A stretch of DNA of 64,000 bases from positions 620,001 to 684,000 of the forward strand of contig JASVEC010000003.1 of NCBI GenBank assembly GCA_030770535.1. The letters run 5' to 3'. The notes under the pieces were generated by a model. That model searched no databases. It was not told the origin of the DNA and saw only the letters and a list, made by a program, of their open reading frames with translations. The DNA is from Batkoa obscura (lineage: Eukaryota). Shown here in pieces: positions 1-11,144 of the stretch; the stretch's first letter is position 1; the number at the start of each line of letters is the position of its first letter. Both the position numbers and the translations under genes were made by a program.

Positions 1-106
1 AACATTCGTTTTACTACTAATGATAAAATTTATTGGTTAAAATAAAAAAAGTGTAACTAAGAAAAAAAAAAGATTCTGATCAAAATCAACTATTGTATTT
101 AATTAA

Positions 107-689
107 ATGATTGTAAAACTTAAGTCATCTGAAGGTACCGAGTTTAGCGTTGATAGAGAAATAATAACTCGTAGTGTACTTATTCGTAATATGCTTGAAG
201 ATGTAGAAGCATGTGATACTTATGGTAATTTGACTTATTTTCTTAATAAAGAGCGCTTAGTTATTTTATAATAGAGATTCCATTGCCAAATGTATCAGCC
301 CCTATTTTAACTAAAATTATTGAATATTGTACTCATCATAAAGATGAGCCAATAAGTCAATACGAGGAAGGAAGTAACAGTAATTTGGATGAGATTGACG
401 CTTGGGACCAAGAGTTTTGTAAGGTTGACCAGGGAACATTATACGATTTAATACTAGTAAGTTATATGATTATAAATATGATAGAAAAAGCTTATTTAAA
501 TACAATCAATAGGCAGCTAACTATTTAGATGTTCGTCCATTATTAGATTTGACATGTAAAATAATAGCAAATATGATAAAAAATAAAACACCAGAACAAA
601 TTAGACAAACGTTTAATATTGAAAATGATTTTACACCTGAAGAAGAAGAAAAGAATCGCAGAGAAAACGCTTGGGTTGATGACCGTTAA
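107..689 (+). CDS. SKP1: SCF ubiquitin ligase adaptor Skp1 (3 exons; introns 225-274 and 457-512)
   Basis: Spliced translation [16 protein letters not shown]...IRNMLED...[24 protein letters not shown]...[72 protein letters not shown] matches Skp1 motifs. Both GT-AG introns keep frame. Confidence 0.97.
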
Positions 690-1422
690 GTTTAAAGTTT
701 TGTTTTTTAAGTTTAAAATAATAAACTTTTGATTTTTGGTTGTTTTCACTTAGTAGTATTTTTTCTTTGTTATTTCTGTATATCAAATGTGCTCTCAGAG
801 TTTTATCAAAGTTATAGTTTTAATATTCTAACAAATTTTGTTGGAATTATTATATTCATTTTGTAATAAACTTAACATCCAATGTTTTAACACTAAGCTG
901 AAGTTATTTTTATTTGGTGTTAAAGTCTATAAATGTATATATTTCAATTTAATATTTATAAAATAATAATTATTGAATTAAACGTTCCATAGTTGCCTTT
1001 AGCTATTTATAGTTGAATTTTTTACTTTTTACTTTTTACTTTTGAAATAATACATTACTAAGGTATTTTTCAAACAAATAAAATTTGACGCTATAAATCT
1101 TACTTTATTTGATTAAACAACATCATTGTTTATTTTATATTTAAACGTGAGGCTAATACTACTCTTAAATCCCCTCTTATAATATTAAATTAACAAAAAT
1201 AAATATTTGTATATTTACATTTAACATATAAACTATGATGTAAAAGTAATAAAATTCAAAATAACACCTATCAACCATAGACAACACTATAATAAAAATG
1301 AGACACTATACTAATTGCCAAATAAAAGCATATAATTTTATTTATTAATTTAAGCGTACTTAATTTAAGCTATTTTTAATTCTTAACTGATGATAAAGTA
1401 TAATATGGTTCAAATGCTTACT

Positions 1423-2958
1423 TTAAAATATATATGGGACGATCTTATATGGTACTAACTCACAATATTTATCCCAGTATGGTCCATATTTTCCTTTGCA
1501 ACGGTTTTGATCACGCATTGTACGATGGACTAAGAGGGCTATCATGTAAAAGAAGTAAAAGTAAGGCAACAAAGAGTCAAGACCACAAGTTAAACAGAAC
1601 GCAAGGCACATCATTAAATCTCCGAAATAGTTAAAGTGACGTGCAAGTCCCCAGTAGCCTGAAGCTAACAAATACGATACTCTGGTTTCTCCATCGCTAG
1701 TCTTATATTTGGCAGTAATAACATTGGCTTCATATCCCCAAATCTTTCCTTTACCTCCTGCTTTTCTAATAATGTCTTTTTGGTTGTTACATTCACGGAA
1801 AATAAAATAACCTCCAAGTCCTAAGCCCAGAATAGCCCAGAAGAAAGGAATGGAAAGATCAATTGGGTTACGGTAAAGGTAGAATGATTGGAGAGTATAC
1901 ATGAAAGGTAACCATACAGAGTCACCCCAAGCAAGGTAATAGCCGAAATGATCATGGGCGATATCAATAGTACGTAAATACCAGTCTTCATTGTAAAAGA
2001 AATCAACTACATAGATACCGTGTAAAATAATAAGTGCAACTAAAGAGTTAGTAACATACCCTAAGTTTTTGTATTGGGCATAGGCAAATGAAATATTAAT
2101 TAAAGTCCATGCAGTGATTCCTGGGCGTCCATTATGGAATAACTTAAAGTCTATACCAAAAATTCTTGGATTTAATTCAATACCCATGACTAAATCATAA
2201 AGCTTTGAGCCTGAAAATTTGCGATCTTCTGGGTGGGTTGGGAAATATTGGGCTTTGTAATAAGAGAAGAAGGTTAAGAAATAACCATATACATTTGTTG
2301 CTACTAAAAGGGCTCCCCAATTTTCAGCAATGATGGCACCATCAAAGACAGGGAATACTAAAGTGAAAATAAAGAATAAGGCATGAGTTAAAATCCATAT
2401 ACGGAATCCGTTAACTCTATAAGGAAGAACATGGCCAGCTGGGGTTTCTTGACCATAACCTATGTTACTTGGGAAATAAAGATAAGCTAAAGCATGGAAA
2501 GCTAACCAACCGAAATAAAGATAAAAGCCTTTTCGAGTAGGGACTGGGAGTAAACCTGTAAGCCATTCAACTGTTAATTTATCTAATGAGTATCTATAGT
2601 AAATTTCAATCAATGGGTAAAAGAGGGATCCTTCAAAGTGTTCAAGGCAGATCCAAAAGTAAATGACGATAAATGGTGAAAAGAAGAAGACTAGCCCGAC
2701 GAATAAAATGTTTAAAAAGTTAACATCTAAAAAAATTGTCAATTTATCACAAACTCATAATCAAATAATCTTACTTTTTTCTCTACCCCAGGTATCATTT
2801 TCAGGAATGAAAGTTCCGGCATCTGATCCACTATCATCAGAGGCAGAACGTTTACTTACTGTTCTCTGAGTAGCTTTAGATTTAACTGAGCCAGTCTCTG
2901 TATAGTTAGTACCAACCGTATTATGGTTTGGTAGTAATGATTTAGTTTCAGCGTCCAT
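1423..2958 (-). CDS. DHCR7: Sterol Delta7-reductase (7-dehydrocholesterol reductase, ERG4/ERG24/DHCR7 family); 2 exons, intron 2727-2774
   Basis: ORFs 2761-2958 and 1423-2742 join through a GT-AG intron. Motifs TPAG, MGIELNPR, DFKLFHNGRPG, YVVDFFYNEDWYLRTIDIAHDHFGYYLAWGDSVWLP, LLASGYWGLARHFNYFGD and RCKGKYGPYWDKYC resemble the DHCR7/DWF5 subgroup more than ERG24 or ERG4. Confidence 0.9.
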
Positions 2959-3008
2959 TTTAAAAACAACCCTTTTAATGTTAAATTTAAAGCATTTATA
3001 CTATTTCT

Positions 3009-3171
3009 ATCACCCTGTTCGAACTTTATTCGATTTGATTGGCCACTGGCTCTCCCATTTGATCTTGTTTGATTTAGATATTAAATTTTGGCAAATCAAA
3101 ATTTGCTTATTTGGAATTTTAAGGCTTCACTCATAAAAACTTAATCCAATTAATTGAAAGCAATCACCCAC
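3009..3171. promoter_or_regulatory. Putative DHCR7 promoter elements: two ATCACCC cores (3009, 3163) and CCAAT boxes (~3038, ~3146)
   Basis: ATCACCCTG and ATCACCCAC lie within ~215 bp of the DHCR7 ATG and resemble the SREBP site ATCACCCCAC. Function is inferred only. Confidence 0.3.
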
Positions 3172-5502
3172 TCTCAAGTTTAATTTTAATTACATTATTT
3201 TTTTTTAAAAAAAGTACAATTATTAAGTGATAGTATATAAAAAACAATTGTATAGATCATATTTATAAAATTAGAAGTCAAGTTAGATCAAAAATGCTAT
3301 TGTTAGCCTTTCATTTTCACTTTTGTTTTGTATTTTTCGTCAACTCCGATTTTTACAAAACAATATTCTATTCAAGTCGCGTTTTGACCAATAAGATCAA
3401 AGTGATGAAATTAAAAGTGAGCCAAACCTTTTAGTATATTAAAAAGATACAAAGTAATGCTATTAAAGATAAAGAATAATGAAATACAGAACTGATAGGT
3501 CGGAAAAAGAACTAAAAACTCATCCAATTATACATTTGAACAAATCACTTTTATCGTAAGATAATTTTATTTACAATTCATTTTATTGGCCAGAAAAAAT
3601 TAGTAAGGTCAACATAGGATTTAAAAGTTCTTGAAAAGTTTAATTATAAGCCACATTACATTGAATGTTGTTGCAATAGAAGTGTTCGGGTCAACCTTGC
3701 TCCCTGACCACTTATATTGAAAGTTATGTTATCCCCGATGTCCCAACTAGTTATTTTAAAAAGCATTTAATATATCTTTGTTATTTTTTACTATTATATA
3801 CTTTTTAATTTTAATAATAAACAATAAAACTATAGCCATTGCTAGAAGGGTAGCAGTCAATAATATTTAAATTAATTTAAAATAACAAATTAAAGTTTTT
3901 TCATACAATTTAGACTAAAATTTAGAATAAATTTAAACAATATAAGAAAAGTGACTTGGAAGTAGTTTTTCAAAGCAATTTTGTTTTCAATTTTTATATT
4001 AAAAAGTTGATGGTGTATGGTTAAGTTTAAAAGCTAAGTTGGAATTAAAAATGAAATTTTCCAATTCACTTTTTTTGTCCATTTCTTATGTAGTGGAAAA
4101 TTTTAAAAACTATTAAGCAAAACCAGACAAAAAACGTTCCAACATGAGTTATCCTAAAATCAAGCAAAAGAGCAACTTAATCAAATTACATAAACAGGTA
4201 CCTTTTATTGATGTTGGAGAAATGTTATTAATGATATAGTAATAAAGTGGAAATTTATATGGCTTCAAAGTTACAATTATTTTCCTAAACTGATTGATTT
4301 AATCTTTCAGTCTAATGGCATACTAACCAAAGTAATAAATACTGTCATATTAGAGAATAAATCTTAGACTTAAAGCTCTAAAATTATTTATATAACAAAT
4401 TGTAAACATTTAAATTATATTAAAGCAACCTTGAAGCCTTATAAACTTAACCTTTGACTAAAGCTGGAATTCGCAATATAGAATAATAAATAATAAATAA
4501 TAAATAACAAATAAATAAGTGTCATTGAACAATAACTCATGGCATTAAATAAATTCGTCAAAAATTAATTCTAATTTAATTCTCCGCTGAGTTTTAAAAC
4601 AATTAGGTTTATTTGAAATAAAAAAGCAATCGAATAAACAACTTTAATTAAAACATAAAATGGATAAAGTTTACTGAATATAAAAATTCCTAGATTATTT
4701 CTCTTCTAAAGTCATTCATTAACTAAAGCTCCTCTCTCAAATCGCCTCTTCTTGGTGCAATAAGTGGATGAAGTTGGGCTAAGTAAGTTATAGACCACCT
4801 AAATTAATTAGTAGTAATTCAATAGCATTCAAATAAAACTTACATCATATACATACTAACTAAGGTCATTATAGACATGGTACGGAACAATCTGATAAAA
4901 TTTAAGTTTAATAATAAACAACCTTATTATTGAAACTTACGTTTGATCTACGCCTTTTACTGGGAAGAAATACAAGGCAAATCCAAGTCCAATAGCTAAA
5001 ATAGTTACGATCCAAAGGGGCCAGCTTGACATTTTTGTTATTTAGAATCAGATAAGTTAATTTAATTTAAAAATAAACGTTCAAAAGGTTCAATTTAGTC
5101 AAAATTAACGTTGGAGTATTTTTTGTGCATAGTCTTTCTGATTAAGTAACTTTTTTTCAAAAATTGCAGCTTTTTTTTTACAGCTTTGAGGGATATAGCT
5201 CATCATTATAGTATTATATAAGTTACTATTCTAAATAACCTCAAATGGTATACTTATATTTTCTAAAAGATGGATATGTTAAGATGAAAAATCCAAGTCT
5301 ATTCTCGTTTACAGTATTATTTTTATTAAACCTAATAGTGAGCTTATTTATAGTTTAAAAAAATAAATTAGACTTTCCAATTTTAGAAAATTTTAAAGAA
5401 TGGATCCCAAATTTTAGGTGATGTCAGAGTAAGAATGACTAATTCAAAAAAACTCTATAAAATAAAAGCAAACTGAATGAGTCGCACTTATTTTATACAA
5501 CA

Positions 5503-6751
5503 ATGTCAACTCCCAACTATAGTAAGTTTCGGCCATGTATAGATTTACATGAAGGCAAAGTGAAGCAGATTATTGGTGGTACTTTAAGAGAGGATTCCCA
5601 AGAGTTAAGAACGAATTTCGTTGCCGAGTATTTCATCATTATAAACTATAATATACAATGTTAATTCAGCTAATAGTAAACCATCAAGCTATTTCGCTAA
5701 CATATACAAGCAAAAAAATTTACTTGGCACACATCTGATCAAGCTTGGTAATGGTAACGACGAAGCTGCATTGGAAGCGTTGAATGAGTGGCCGAGTAAG
5801 AATATAAAATTAATGCTTTGGAAATATTTTGGTTAAAGATGATTTTAGATCATATACAGATAGGGGGGGGAATAACAATAGATAATGCAAGCTACTGGTT
5901 GGAAAAGGGAGCATCAAAGGTAAAGCAAGAATTTATATAATAGGGCGGTTTCAGCATGTTTTGTGATTAGGATTTGACATTTGTATTGTATAGGTAATAG
6001 TGACTAGTTGGTTATTTCAAAATGGAGAGTTATCATATAAGCGACTAAAATCACTTTGTGACAAAATTGGAAAGGGTAACTTGGTAGTAGATTTGAGGTA
6101 ATTAGTAAATATAGATTTAAAATATAGATTTATATAGTTTTTAGCTGTCGAAGAGTGAAGGATTCCTGGTTTGTATGTATAAACAAATGGCAAACAATTA
6201 CAAACTTGGAAATTAATCAAGGTTGGTTTATTTGATTTATTATATAATTGTATTTGAGTTTTTTGTAGTCAATTTACAGAAGTTAGAAGACTATTGCAGG
6301 TAATACCTTAAAAGCCAAAATGTAAATAGCACTAATGCAGTATTAGTGAATTCCTTATTCATGCAGCTGATGTGGAAGGCTTATGCCAAGGAGTAGATAT
6401 TGAATTAATAAAAGGTAAAAATAATTTGATCAAATGAGAGAAACTAATGTCTTTTAGTGTTAGCAAAATGGGTTACAATACCCACAACATATGCTGGAGG
6501 AGCATCAAGTAAATCGAGTTCAATTTTTAGATATACTTTTATTAAGATTTGATTTAAGGTGTTAAAGATTTAGAATTAGTAAACAAAGTATCAGATGGTA
6601 AAATTGATTTGACTTTTGGGAGGTAAATTATTTTTAAAAATAAATATTAAATCTCATTAATCTATATTACAGCGCTCTAGATATCTTTGGTGGAGATAAA
6701 GTTTTGTTCAAGGATTGTGTCACTTGGAATCAGTCTGGACGTCTACCTTAA
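5503..6751 (+). CDS. HIS6: ProFAR isomerase, histidine biosynthesis (eukaryotic His6 type); 10 exons, missed by the ORF track
   Basis: Manual splicing gives MSTPNYSKFRPCIDLHEGKVKQIIGGTL...HLIKLG...QIGGGITIDNA...KVIVTSWLF...LVVDLSCRR...EFLIHAADVEGLCQGVD...PTTYAGGA...GKIDLTFGSALDIFGG. Nine GT-AG introns all keep frame. Confidence 0.95.
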
Positions 6752-7279
6752 TGCAAATAGTCAATAAAAAATCTTATAGGATGATTATTTAAATATTTTT
6801 AGTTGAATTATGTAAGATAGCTACAAAGTAAGTAGATCTTTTAGCAGGGGATGTTTTATATTTTAATTTTTTTATAACAATTTAATCATTTTTATCACTT
6901 TACAATTCGTAAAACTGAGTACTTATATAACTTTTTAGTTAATTAAATTTAATATTTAATTAGTTCCCAAAAATCACTTTAAATTGTTTAAACCTTTTAT
7001 TTAAAGATATTTTTAAAATTTGTAGTTAAAAACATAGTCAAATTATTATATATAGAAATAAATTTGTAGTTTTATAAGCTTATTTAAAACTAAAATACAA
7101 TTTATAAAAAAAATTTAATATGCTCTATAAATTTAACTCATAAAAGTAGCTATAAATGATCAATTCTAAAGTTGTAGATATAAAAAACAATCATGAAGTT
7201 AATAATTTTTAATTTAAATTTATCGTGTACTTAATAAAACCGAACATTAACATTACAACTCACTAGCCCAAAACTTTCG

Positions 7280-7308
7280 AAACGCGCTAAGTACACTAGA
7301 GCGCGTTT
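7280..7308. promoter_or_regulatory. Inverted pair of ACGCG (MCB/E2F-like) elements upstream of the UHRF1-like locus
   Basis: AAACGCGCT (7280-7288) and AGCGCGTTT (7300-7308) form a perfect 9-bp inverted repeat, conspicuous in CpG-poor DNA. Confidence 0.45.
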
Positions 7309-7400
7309 ACTTTTAACTTAAATGATTAGCTACACAAAAAAACAAAATTGATCAATGATTTAAAAACTTTCAAAATTGACATTAAAATTTCCTACACTCA

Positions 7401-9422
7401 ATAGTTAACATACGTTGTATAGTACAAACTTCAACCGGGGAAAAGGTACCTTTTAACTTTAACAGACAGGATAGTGTGGGTAAGATCAAAGGGTTGATAT
7501 CCAAGGAATTGGAAAAACCAAAAGCGGCTCTTCGTCTTATCTACCTTGGGAAATAGGTAATGAGAAGATATATTATATTAAATAACAATTGGCTGATTGG
7601 CTTTTTAGCTTGAAGATGACTTTACTTTGTATCGCTATATTGTCAGAGATAATGGTACGATTTTGGTTTCAATTAAAACTTTAAATGAAAAAATCAAGAC
7701 AGAAAAAGTAGTTGATGAAAAAATAGAGGAAAATAAAGAGGTGGAAGCAATAGAAGAAACCGAAATAGAAAAGGAGTTATCGGAGTTATCTAGTGAAAAC
7801 AAAGATATCAATGGAATTACTGTCCCAGAAAAGAAGCCTACTTTATATCAAGCAGGCAACATTGTTACCATAGATAAGGATGGTAACAAGATAGTCATTC
7901 CGCAAGAAGAAGAAGATTGTGAAAAATGTAACAATACATTAGAAGCAGATTGTAAAGAATGTGGATGCAGTGTGTGCAGTAAAAAATCGAGCGAAGAATT
8001 GATTTTGATCTGTGATGAGTGTCAATATTACTTTCATACCTTTTGTTTACCTGAACCTTTAGAGGAAATCCTAGAAGGTGATCGGTAATTCCATTTGTCT
8101 ATTTTTAAAACCCCAGTCAATTTTTAAAGGTACTACTTTGGTTGTTATAATGATCCAGATACTGTTGTCAATGCTAGTCAAAAGAGTAAAATTCAAGTTA
8201 AAAAACAGGTACCAAAGTAGTGGAATAATGGAATGGCCTGTGCTAGCGTTACTAAAAAATGTACCATTGTCAAGTCGGATAATATAAGTTCCATCCCTGG
8301 TGTGCCTGTAGGGTCTAGTTTTCGTTATCGAGTCCATTTATCTGAGTCTGGAGTTCATCGGTAATATAATATTAACGCTTTATTTACTGAAGTAACATTT
8401 TTAGTCCACATGTAGCAGGAATTCATGGCTCAGGAAAAGGATATGCTTACTCAGTTATTCTTGCTGGAGGCTATGAGGACGACAAGGATTTTGGTGAATA
8501 CTTTTACTATACAGGTTCGGGGGTAGAGATCTTTCTGGAAATAAACGTGCCGCTGTATAATCAAGCGATCAATAAAGACTAAAGATGAGGATGCATCACC
8601 AAGTTGGAAAAAAATTCATCAGTTCGTGTATCTCGTAGTTATAAATTAAATAAAGATTTTCCAGAGTTCGCGCCAGCTGAGGGGGTATACTACGATGGTC
8701 TCTACAAACTAGTCTGTTATTGGCCCGAAAAGGGACAACAAGGGTTTATTGTTTGGATATATGAGTTTCATGGAGATGACCCTGAGCCAGCTCACTGGAC
8801 ACTAGAAGGTAAAAAGTGAATTGAAGAATTAGGTTTAGTTATGTATAATTCAGATGGCGATGTTGCTAAGGATAGTAAAGCAGCAACTAAAAAATCGAAT
8901 AGTAAGAAGGGAAGAAAGAAAGGTGGATGTAACGGGAAAAGAGGAGAAGAATCGGATGAAGAAAAACCAGCGCCAAAAAAGCAAAAATCTGATATTAAAC
9001 CAAAAACCGCGTTGTATAAACCAGATCAACAAACATTAGATTTAATTGAAAAAGATTTGTTAAATTTCAGAACTTCGAAAAAGATATTGTAAAAGGAATA
9101 CTGTAGAATGACCGAGTTTTTGGATACAGTTATGAGCGTAGAATTCATCTGTCCTATCTGCCAAGATACCATTCGTGAACTTATACCTGCCCATTGTGGC
9201 CGTAATGCTTGTCAAGGTTGTTTGAAAAATAGTATGCTTCACTATGGTGATTTGTGCCCGTTATGTCGAAGCGCGCTTTATTCCGAGCTTGAAGGACTAG
9301 GTAAAAGTGAAACTGAAAAGGAAATTAAGGCTCTTTCTCGGCGACTTACAGTCAATAATTTGTTAGTTGATGTGCTTAAGCATTTAGTGCCTTCTTACAC
9401 TAGTGGGAATCAACGATATTAA
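7401..9422 (+). pseudogene. UHRF1: UHRF1-like pseudogene (UBL-PHD-SRA-RING)
   Basis: UBL: LRLIYLGK*LEDDFTLYRY. PHD: CSVC...LICDECQYYFHTFCL. SRA: IPGVPVG...[15 protein letters not shown]...[15 protein letters not shown]...[14 protein letters not shown]...APAEGVYYDGLYK...YWPEKG. RING: FICPICQD...CGRNACQGC...CPLCR. Lesions: probable start ATA at 7401; in-frame stops at 7554, 8218, 8558, 8817 and 9090; frameshift in the G run 8519-8523; apparent deletion near 8572. Confidence 0.9.
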
Positions 9423-9810
9423 ATTGGTCTATGATAAACTTATATTGTTTTTATATGAAATAATGCTTTTTTCATTTTTTAGTTGAAATTTTATTTCAAT
9501 CACAGATATTATTTGAAAATAGTAAATATTGTTTATTGATATAGAGATATTTTCAATGTAAAGTTAATACAAAGTTAAAGAAACTGAACATAGCCATATA
9601 TATCATTTAATTATTTTGCATCACAAGTATATAATATTATGATTTTAAATGTTAAATTTTGATTTTTACACTTACATTCTATTCTAAACTTTCAAGCCAA
9701 TAAGACCCTTATAAACCAAAAATGTAATATATTATTAAAGTTAACTTGAAAATTAAAATGATGGTTTTTAAATAAACTCAAAAATAGAAAAATAGAAAAG
9801 TAGACTCCCA

Positions 9811-11052
9811 ATGAAACTGACTCAACTACTAAAGCAACTCGATTTCCCACGTATGCTAACATCAATGGAGTTAAAAAAATATTCTAAGATTCAATCCTTT
9901 GGTAAAAAGAAACGACGTTATTTTATTGACGAAGAAGAGGCTAATAGAGTGACTGAAGCGATAGGAAAAGATAACATAAAAGATAAAATAGTATTAGAGT
10001 TTTTACCAGGTCCTGGTTTAATGACAAGACAATTTTTGAACCATGGATGTAAAAGTTTAATACCGTTAGAACCATCATCTAGTTTTATTGAAATCTATGA
10101 AGAACTAGAGAAAGTGGCAAATATACCTGTGTTGCACGAACATTTTAGTTTGAGGACAAGTTCTAAGTTATATAATTTATTGTATGATGTTTCAAAGAGT
10201 AACAGGAATAAAATTATTATTGATAATGTACCTTTTGAAAATGGTAAAATTTTAAAATTTGATATTATTAATACAAATAGGTTTAATTTCATGGTTTTAA
10301 TTTTAATTAGTTCACCCCGATCTATTATTTTTTGGAATCATGTCAGGGATTTCAGAAAGTTTTCAATTTTATTATTTTATCACTCACTTTTTGGAATCAA
10401 GAGAAGGCTTCTTTTCTTATGGTAGGTTCCCTCTATACACCCTATGTGCCCCTGAAGTTATTAAGGTATTATCACTAAATATATTTAATAGAAATAAATA
10501 ACATAATTTTAGTCTTATAATCAAACCTCACTGTTAGGGTTTGCGTTGAAAGCGATGGGCCAAATGGAGTATCAGTTTTCTCTAAATAAAGACTCTTTTA
10601 TTCCTAAGGTAACCTTTGTTTTGTAGTTTTGAGTTTTTGACATTTCTTCTTTATAAAGAATGGCTTTGATCTAGTTAAATTTATTCCTTCGCCAACGCCA
10701 AATATAAAAAGTAAGTCAACCAGTTCTTTTTTTATCATATTAAGTTTATTTTTAGGCCCCTTTTCTACCTTCTTTTATGTCACCACTTGTTTAATGCATA
10801 GAAAAAGTCAGTTGATTGCTAATTGTTTAGAGTAAGCATACTATAAATAATAATATGCATAATACAATATAAACTTTTATTAGATCTATTGCACCAGGTG
10901 TTAGTATGATGAAAAAAAACTTGACCTTTGATACTAAGAAAAAGTGCATAGCTTTAACTATGGAAGAATTGGATCAAATTACTTTAGAATACATAAAATA
11001 TTATAGAATGAGGCATGGGGTTGATCCTACCCATGATTCTATTACTGGGTAA
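9811..11052 (+). CDS. Mitochondrial transcription factor B / rRNA adenine dimethylase-fold protein (Mtf1-like), multi-exon
   Basis: SAM-fold motif VLEFLPGPGLMTRQFL...LIPLEP. Downstream exons give GFFSYGRFPLY and ...SIAPG...ALTMEELDQI. Stop TAA at 11050-11052. Confidence 0.75.
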
Positions 11053-11144
11053 TAAAAGTATTTAATAAATTAATATTAGAATAAAATAAAATATTAAAAT
11101 GATAAAGCATTATTCAATATTTATTATTGTGATATAGTTGTAAA

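Noticed and set aside
4483..4520. (AAATAAT)n short repeat
   Set aside because: Ordinary low-complexity sequence in an AT-rich intergenic region.
7401..9422. Stop-codon reassignment (TAA/TAG=Gln) or readthrough explaining the in-frame stops in UHRF1
   Set aside because: Neighbouring genes end normally in TAA, TAG or TGA and have no internal stops. The locus also has a TGA stop, frameshifts and a deletion.
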